From positions 352,030-416,029 of IMG/VR virus record IMGVR_UViG_3300027896_005002: 64,000 nucleotides of DNA. One strand, written 5' to 3'. Position numbers and translations under genes: made by a program. Shown in pieces: positions 58,959 through 64,000 of the stretch; position 1 is the first letter of the stretch, and every line of letters begins with the position of its first letter. The notes beneath the pieces were generated by a model. The model worked only from the letters and a program-made list of their open reading frames with translations, was not told where the DNA came from and did no database searches.

Positions 58959-61900
58959 TTAAGTTACATATTGTACATATATTGTTCCATAAGGAATACC
59001 TGAAGTAGATGGTGGATCACCTGTTCCATAACGAATCGGTGCAACAACATTTGAAGTTCCTGCAACATCGCCTGTAATAGTAACAGAGTTAAATGATGGA
59101 TCAGTCCCAACATTTCCAGAATAACCAGAAATTCCACTATATCCTGACTTTCCTGAATAGCCTGACGTCCCTGAATATCCTGAATATCCTGATATGCCTG
59201 AATATCCACTTGTTCCTACACCTGAATAACCTGAAATACCCGAATATCCACTATAGCCTGATATACCTGAATATCCTGATGTTCCTACACCAGAATATCC
59301 TGATGTTCCTACACCAGAATATCCTGATGTTCCTACACCACTATATCCACTTTGTCCTGAATATCCCGATTGTCCTGAATAACCAGAAATCCCTGAATAT
59401 CCACTATAGCCTGATATACCTGAATATCCTGATATTCCTGAATAACCACTTTGTCCAGAATATCCCGATTGTCCTGAATAACCAGATGTACCTACACCAC
59501 TATAACCACTTTGTCCTGAATATCCTGAAGTTCCTACTCCAGAATAACCGCTCTGTCCAGAATAACCGCTCTGTCCAGAATATCCTGAAATGCCTGAATA
59601 TCCTGATGTTCCTACACCACTATATCCACTTTGTCCTGAATATCCTGAAATACCTGAATACCCTGAAGTTCCTACACCCGAATAACCTGATGTTCCAGAA
59701 TAACCACTTTGTCCTGAATAACCACTTTGTCCTGAATATCCTGAAATACCAGAATATCCTGAAAGACCTGTAGTAAGAGGACCAAATATTGATGAAGATG
59801 TACTACCTTCATATACGAAATGAATCTTTGTTGTGCTTGCACTACGTCCATATATTTTTACAACAATTTGATCTGTTACATTTAACCCATGTGATGACGA
59901 ATCATATTTATATACTACAAATTCTTGAGCACTTAATAAAGTAGTTGATGTTATAGCAGGTGATACTATTTCAAATAAAAGAGTTTCAGTTCCACTAGGA
60001 TATGCTCGGGTATAAACTTTTGCAACTACAAAATCTCCAGTTGAAACAGCATCTACATAACTCCATGCATGAAATACCCAATAGCCACTTGGTATGTAAG
60101 TTACAGTAGGATCACCATAAACAGTAACATAATTTTTAATCAAAATATCATCAGGCGGAGCAACAGTTCCAGAATCATCTTGTTGTCCTCCAGATGGAAT
60201 AGATCTATTAAGTTTATTGTATAATGGAAAAACAGTTACATTTTCAAAGAAAAATGTTGTCCCTACCAATCCACTGTAACCTGATGATCCTGAATAGCCG
60301 CTTTGACCTGAATATCCTGAAGTACCTGAATAACCAGATGTGCCTATACCAGAATATCCTGAAGCACCAGAATATCCTGAAGTACCTACACCAGAATATC
60401 CACTTTGTCCAGAATATCCTGATATGCCTGAATATCCTGAAGTTCCTACTCCAGAATATCCTGATTGTCCTGAATAACCAGATGTACCTACACCAGAATA
60501 ACCACTTTGTCCTGAATATCCAGATGTACCTGAATAGCCTGATGTTCCTACGCCAGAATAACCACTTTGTCCTGAATATCCTGACAAACCATCAATTCCA
60601 CTATATCCTGATATTCCAGAATAGCCTGATATTCCTACACCACTATATCCACTTTGTCCTGAATATCCCGATTGTCCTGAATAACCTGACGTTCCTACGC
60701 CAGAATAACCTGATGTTCCAGAATAACCTGACGTTCCTACGCCAGAATAACCACTTTGTCCTGAATATCCCGATTGTCCTGAATAACCTGATGTTCCTAT
60801 ACCCGAATAACCACTTTGTCCAGAATATCCTGACAAGCCATCAATTCCACTATAACCTGATATTCCTGAATAGCCACTTTGTCCCGAATATCCAGATACC
60901 CCACTATATCCTGAAGTGCCTGAATATCCACTTGTACCTATGCCTGAATAACCTGATATTCCTGAATATCCCGATGCACCATCAACTCCAATATAGCCTG
61001 ATGCTCCTGAATATCCTGACACTCCACTATATCCACTTTGACCTGAATAACCTGATGAACCACTATATCCTGATGTTCCTATTTGACCTGAATATCCTGA
61101 TATTCCTAGTGTACCATCAATTCCTGAATAACCAGATTTTCCACTATAACCACTAACTCCTGTTGTTGCAGTCAATTTGCCACTATATCCAGAAACACCA
61201 CCAGTAACTACTATTGTAGATCCATCTGCAATATTAGTCAAATTTACGTCTAATGTAATATCATTTATACCTGGTTGATCTACAACATAAAAATTGCTAG
61301 ATCCAGGTATTAAATTCTTAAATTGAAGATCAACACCTTGTTTTATTTTAAATAATCCAACTCCTCCTACTCCGACATTAGACGCAGTATTTGCTTCTCC
61401 AGTTCCTCCACCAACTCTACCTGAAAGAGTTCCAAATTTATTTGCATTAACGATCTGAGCTTCTAAAGGATCATTTAAATCTGTACAACCCTGTTTAACT
61501 ATTATCCAACATCTAAAAACATCTGCTGAATTAAAAGGATTTTGCGCAATCAATTTATTTGTAGCAGCTTGAGCATATGCTAAATCTGGATATACTACTT
61601 GACCGTATTGAAGATCATTTGCATCTTCTGGAGCATAAAGCGACATTGTTTGAATTGTCCAGCCTCCAGGTGTAATGTCAGACACAAGACCCAATCCCGA
61701 CCCTGTGTCATAATGTTCTGGATCTATGATTGTTGTCGGTGCTAAATCATTTACCCAAACACCAGGAGCTGATTGATAATAATATTGAAACGTCACTGGC
61801 TGTTCTGAAGCTGTAGGATAAATATTAGGTTGTTTTTTGTCAACAGTATAATATGTACCATTATCCCATACATGACCTTCTGATCGATCAATACTTAAAT

Positions 61901-64000
61901 TTACTCCACTATCAGTTCTCGGAAAATATTCATTGCCATCAATATTAAATGGCCCAAATGAATCCCAAAAACATTGTGTTTGAACCGCCATGTCAGGTTC
62001 AAAATTAGGCTCTGTCAAACAATTAATAAGTGTTAACCTATTATTATGATCTATCCAACCTATTCTAATAATACTTCTAAGTTGAACAGGTGTAAATTCA
62101 GATACTTGTAAAACTATAGATCCACTTGAATTAATTCCTACAATTGTAGTATCATCTGTTGTTCTATAAGGTGTTGTTTGTCCTGTAAATGTTGACCAAC
62201 TAACAAACTGTACTGTTGGATTTAAAGTATCTGTAGTATTATCAACAATTACTCCTGTCCCAGCAGATAGTTGAAATGTATGATAAGGAGCAATGTTTTC
62301 AAGTGATAAAATACCTCCAACCAATAAACCCGTGGAATTTGCATTGTATAGAAGTTCAATTTGTTGAGAACTTAATGGTTGACCAGAATATCCTGATATT
62401 CCTGAATATCCACTGTGTCCAGAATATCCCGATGTACCTACACCACTATAACCACTTTGTCCAGAATATCCAGAAATACCGCTATAACCACTTTGTCCAG
62501 AATAGCCACTAATGCCAGAATAACCTGATGTACCATCAATTCCTGAATATCCACTAATACCACTATAACCTGATAATCCTAATTGTCCTGAATATCCACT
62601 GCCTCCCGAATAGCCAGATATACCACTGTAACCTGATGTGCCATTAATTCCCGAATATCCACTTTGTCCTGAATATCCTGAAGTTCCTACGCCAGAATAT
62701 CCGCTTTGTCCAGAATAACCACTTGTACCTACACCAGAATAACCACTTTGTCCTGAATACCCTGAAGTACCAGAATAACCTGATGCTCCAATATTACCTG
62801 AATATCCACTTATGCCTATTTCTCCCGAATAACCTGATGTGCCTACACCAGAATATCCTGATGTTCCTACGCCAGAATATCCACTTTGTCCTGAATATCC
62901 AGATGATCCTATACCTGAATAACCACTATATCCTGAATATCCTGATGATCCTATACCTGAATAGCCTGATACTCCTATACCTGAATAGCCTGATGTTCCT
63001 ACACCTGAATAGCCAGAATAACCACTTATTCCTGAATATCCTGATACAGCTGATACTGTAAAAGTAGTATCAATAAAAGATGCTCGTGATGATCCTTGAT
63101 ATACAAAGTGAACAGTTCTTGCAGTCGCATTGTTATTAAAAACTAATACTCTAACAACAATTCTATCTGTAGTCAATAATGTAATATCATTTACGACTGT
63201 ATAAATTACTACTTTATTTTGTGCAGTCCCAGATGTTGTTGCTGTTATTGCAGATGTTGCATCTGATATAAACAAAGAAGTAGTACTACCATCTATTCCT
63301 CGCTTACATACTTCAAATTTTGCAGTTACTATTGGACCACCACCTACGGCACTTACCCAAAACCATCCATTAAAAGTCCAGTTTCCTGCAGGTATTGATA
63401 ATTGTCCGGGAACATTAATTTTTGTTATATAATTGTCTATAGGCACACCGTTCGGGTCATCATTTGTAATAGATAATGATTCATCTATCTCAATGCCAGT
63501 TGCAGGCACTCTAGTTAATGTTTCATTATCCACTGTTAATGTAACACTAGCTCCTGCAATTTCTGCAGTTAATGTATCAGTAAATGCTAATGTTAAAGTT
63601 AAAGCAGATACTATACTTATTTCATAGACACCATTATTAAAATTTGACCCTGAAACTGTTACTTTTTGTCGTGCAACCCAACCATCAGAAATAAAACTTC
63701 CTGATGTTCGAGTTATAGTATCAGGATCAGAATTAACAAAAGCTATATTTGTTCCAGTAGTTATAGGTGTAACTAAATCACTATTAGGGTTATCAAACCA
63801 CAATCTAAGTCCTGCTGATGCTCCATTTATTCCTGAATAACCACTCCATCCAGAATATCCTGATATTCCAGAATATCCACTGTGTCCAGAATATCCTGAT
63901 GTACCTATACCAGAATAACCTGATTGTCCACTGTAACCAGATATGCCTGAATAGCCACTTTGTCCAGAATATCCTGATGTACCTATTCCAGAATATCCAC
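58959..64000 (-). CDS. Gly-X-Ser (GYS-GxS) repeat fibre protein, 5' end outside the window
   Basis: The track start at 63803 is an internal TTG; the frame stays open upstream (...GYSGWSGYSGINGASAGLRLWFDN) toward the window edge. Four repeat blocks alternate with three globular inserts; fibre-like C-terminus DPP...GTIYVQY. Confidence 0.8.
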   Translation of the reverse strand, partial: GYSGIGTSGYSGQSGYSGISGYSGQSGYSGIGTSGYSGHSGYSGISGYSGWSGYSGINGASAGLRLWFDNPNSDLVTPITTGTNIAFVNSDPDTITRTSGSFISDGWVARQKVTVSGSNFNNGVYEISIVSALTLTLAFTDTLTAEIAGASVTLTVDNETLTRVPATGIEIDESLSITNDDPNGVPIDNYITKINVPGQLSIPAGNWTFNGWFWVSAVGGGPIVTAKFEVCKRGIDGSTTSLFISDATSAITATTSGTAQNKVVIYTVVNDITLLTTDRIVVRVLVFNNNATARTVHFVYQGSSRASFIDTTFTVSAVSGYSGISGYSGYSGVGTSGYSGIGVSGYSGIGSSGYSGYSGYSGIGSSGYSGQSGYSGVGTSGYSGVGTSGYSGEIGISGYSGNIGASGYSGTSGYSGQSGYSGVGTSGYSGQSGYSGVGTSGYSGQSGYSGINGTSGYSGISGYSGGSGYSGQLGLSGYSGISGYSGIDGTSGYSGISGYSGQSGYSGISGYSGQSGYSGVGTSGYSGHSGYSGISGYSGQPLSSQQIELLYNANSTGLLVGGILSLENIAPYHTFQLSAGTGVIVDNTTDTLNPTVQFVSWSTFTGQTTPYRTTDDTTIVGINSSGSIVLQVSEFTPVQLRSIIRIGWIDHNNRLTLINCLTEPNFEPDMAVQTQCFWDSFGPFNIDGNEYFPRTDSGVNLSIDRSEGHVWDNGTYYTVDKKQPNIYPTASEQPVTFQYYYQSAPGVWVNDLAPTTIIDPEHYDTGSGLGLVSDITPGGWTIQTMSLYAPEDANDLQYGQVVYPDLAYAQAATNKLIAQNPFNSADVFRCWIIVKQGCTDLNDPLEAQIVNANKFGTLSGRVGGGTGEANTASNVGVGGVGLFKIKQGVDLQFKNLIPGSSNFYVVDQPGINDITLDVNLTNIADGSTIVVTGGVSGYSGKLTATTGVSGYSGKSGYSGIDGTLGISGYSGQIGTSGYSGSSGYSGQSGYSGVSGYSGASGYIGVDGASGYSGISGYSGIGTSGYSGTSGYSGVSGYSGQSGYSGISGYSGIDGLSGYSGQSGYSGIGTSGYSGQSGYSGQSGYSGVGTSGYSGTSGYSGVGTSGYSGQSGYSGQSGYSGVGISGYSGISGYSGIDGLSGYSGQSGYSGVGTSGYSGTSGYSGQSGYSGVGTSGYSGQSGYSGVGTSGYSGISGYSGQSGYSGVGTSGYSGASGYSGIGTSGYSGTSGYSGQSGYSGSSGYSGLVGTTFFFENVTVFPLYNKLNRSIPSGGQQDDSGTVAPPDDILIKNYVTVYGDPTVTYIPSGYWVFHAWSYVDAVSTGDFVVAKVYTRAYPSGTETLLFEIVSPAITSTTLLSAQEFVVYKYDSSSHGLNVTDQIVVKIYGRSASTTKIHFVYEGSTSSSIFGPLTTGLSGYSGISGYSGQSGYSGQSGYSGTSGYSGVGTSGYSGISGYSGQSGYSGVGTSGYSGISGYSGQSGYSGQSGYSGVGTSGYSGQSGYSGVGTSGYSGQSGYSGQSGYSGISGYSGISGYSGYSGISGYSGQSGYSGQSGYSGVGTSGYSGVGTSGYSGVGTSGYSGISGYSGYSGISGYSGVGTSGYSGISGYSGYSGTSGYSGKSGYSGISGYSGNVGTDPSFNSVTITGDVAGTSNVVAPIRYGTGDPPSTSGIPYGTIYVQYVT
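59110..64000 (-). repeat. Coding tandem repeats of 18/24-nt units (SGYSGx, SGYSGxGT)
   Basis: Blocks at about 59110-59770, 60270-61200, 62380-63050 and 63820-64000; synonymous variation throughout, with a local near-perfect 24-nt triplication around 59270-59340. Confidence 0.9.

Noticed and set aside
59093-63061. Plus-strand ORFs of 78-310 aa with LNIL/FLNN repeats
   Set aside because: They are antisense shadows of the GYS repeat, whose complementary frame lacks stops; no SD and no independent signal.
59110-64000. CRISPR-like or satellite array
   Set aside because: Units are 18/24-nt in-frame coding repeats varying at third codon positions, with no constant repeat plus unique spacer pattern.
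57641-64000. Diversity-generating retroelement targeting the fibre or adhesin
   Set aside because: No reverse transcriptase and no TR/VR pair differing only at adenines was seen in this window.
1-64000. Stop-codon reassignment (TAG or TGA)
   Set aside because: Genes up to 2127 aa are intact in the standard code, and TAG and TGA end genes at sensible boundaries (599, 5060, 57641, 52956).
1-64000. tRNA or rRNA genes
   Set aside because: Intergenic gaps are at most about 165 bp and AT-rich, and I saw no cloverleaf or T-loop (GTTCRA) signature in them.

Overview
This is an AT-rich segment (roughly 30% GC by eye) of a large contractile-tailed virus, probably a jumbo myovirus. All credible genes are on the minus strand, tightly packed and preceded by GGAG/GGAGG-type Shine-Dalgarno motifs. 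In transcription order (high to low coordinates) it holds: a Gly-X-Ser (GYS-GxS) repeat fibre truncated at the window edge; a 7-bladed RCC1 propeller; a glycosyltransferase/methyltransferase cluster containing a GIY-YIG gene; neck and tail-completion genes with an actin-fold ATPase embedded among them; sheath, tube, three chaperone-like paralogues and tape measure; tube initiators, hub, spike and a putative spike tip; and very large baseplate/fibre proteins built from shared repeated modules. Three free-standing homing endonucleases are present. No capsid, terminase, tRNA, rRNA or CRISPR array was seen. The most unusual signals are: (1) two intercistronic hairpins with an exact kink-turn consensus and covarying stems; (2) a 15-nt complementary pair bracketing the sheath-tube cassette; (3) an actin gene resembling the haloarchaeal volactin family next to a possible adaptor; (4) a probable virion-glycosylation module next to a Ser/Tyr-rich fibre, with one GT9 apparently split by a homing endonuclease. 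All family assignments come from motif recognition, not database searches, and domain-level coordinates are approximate.
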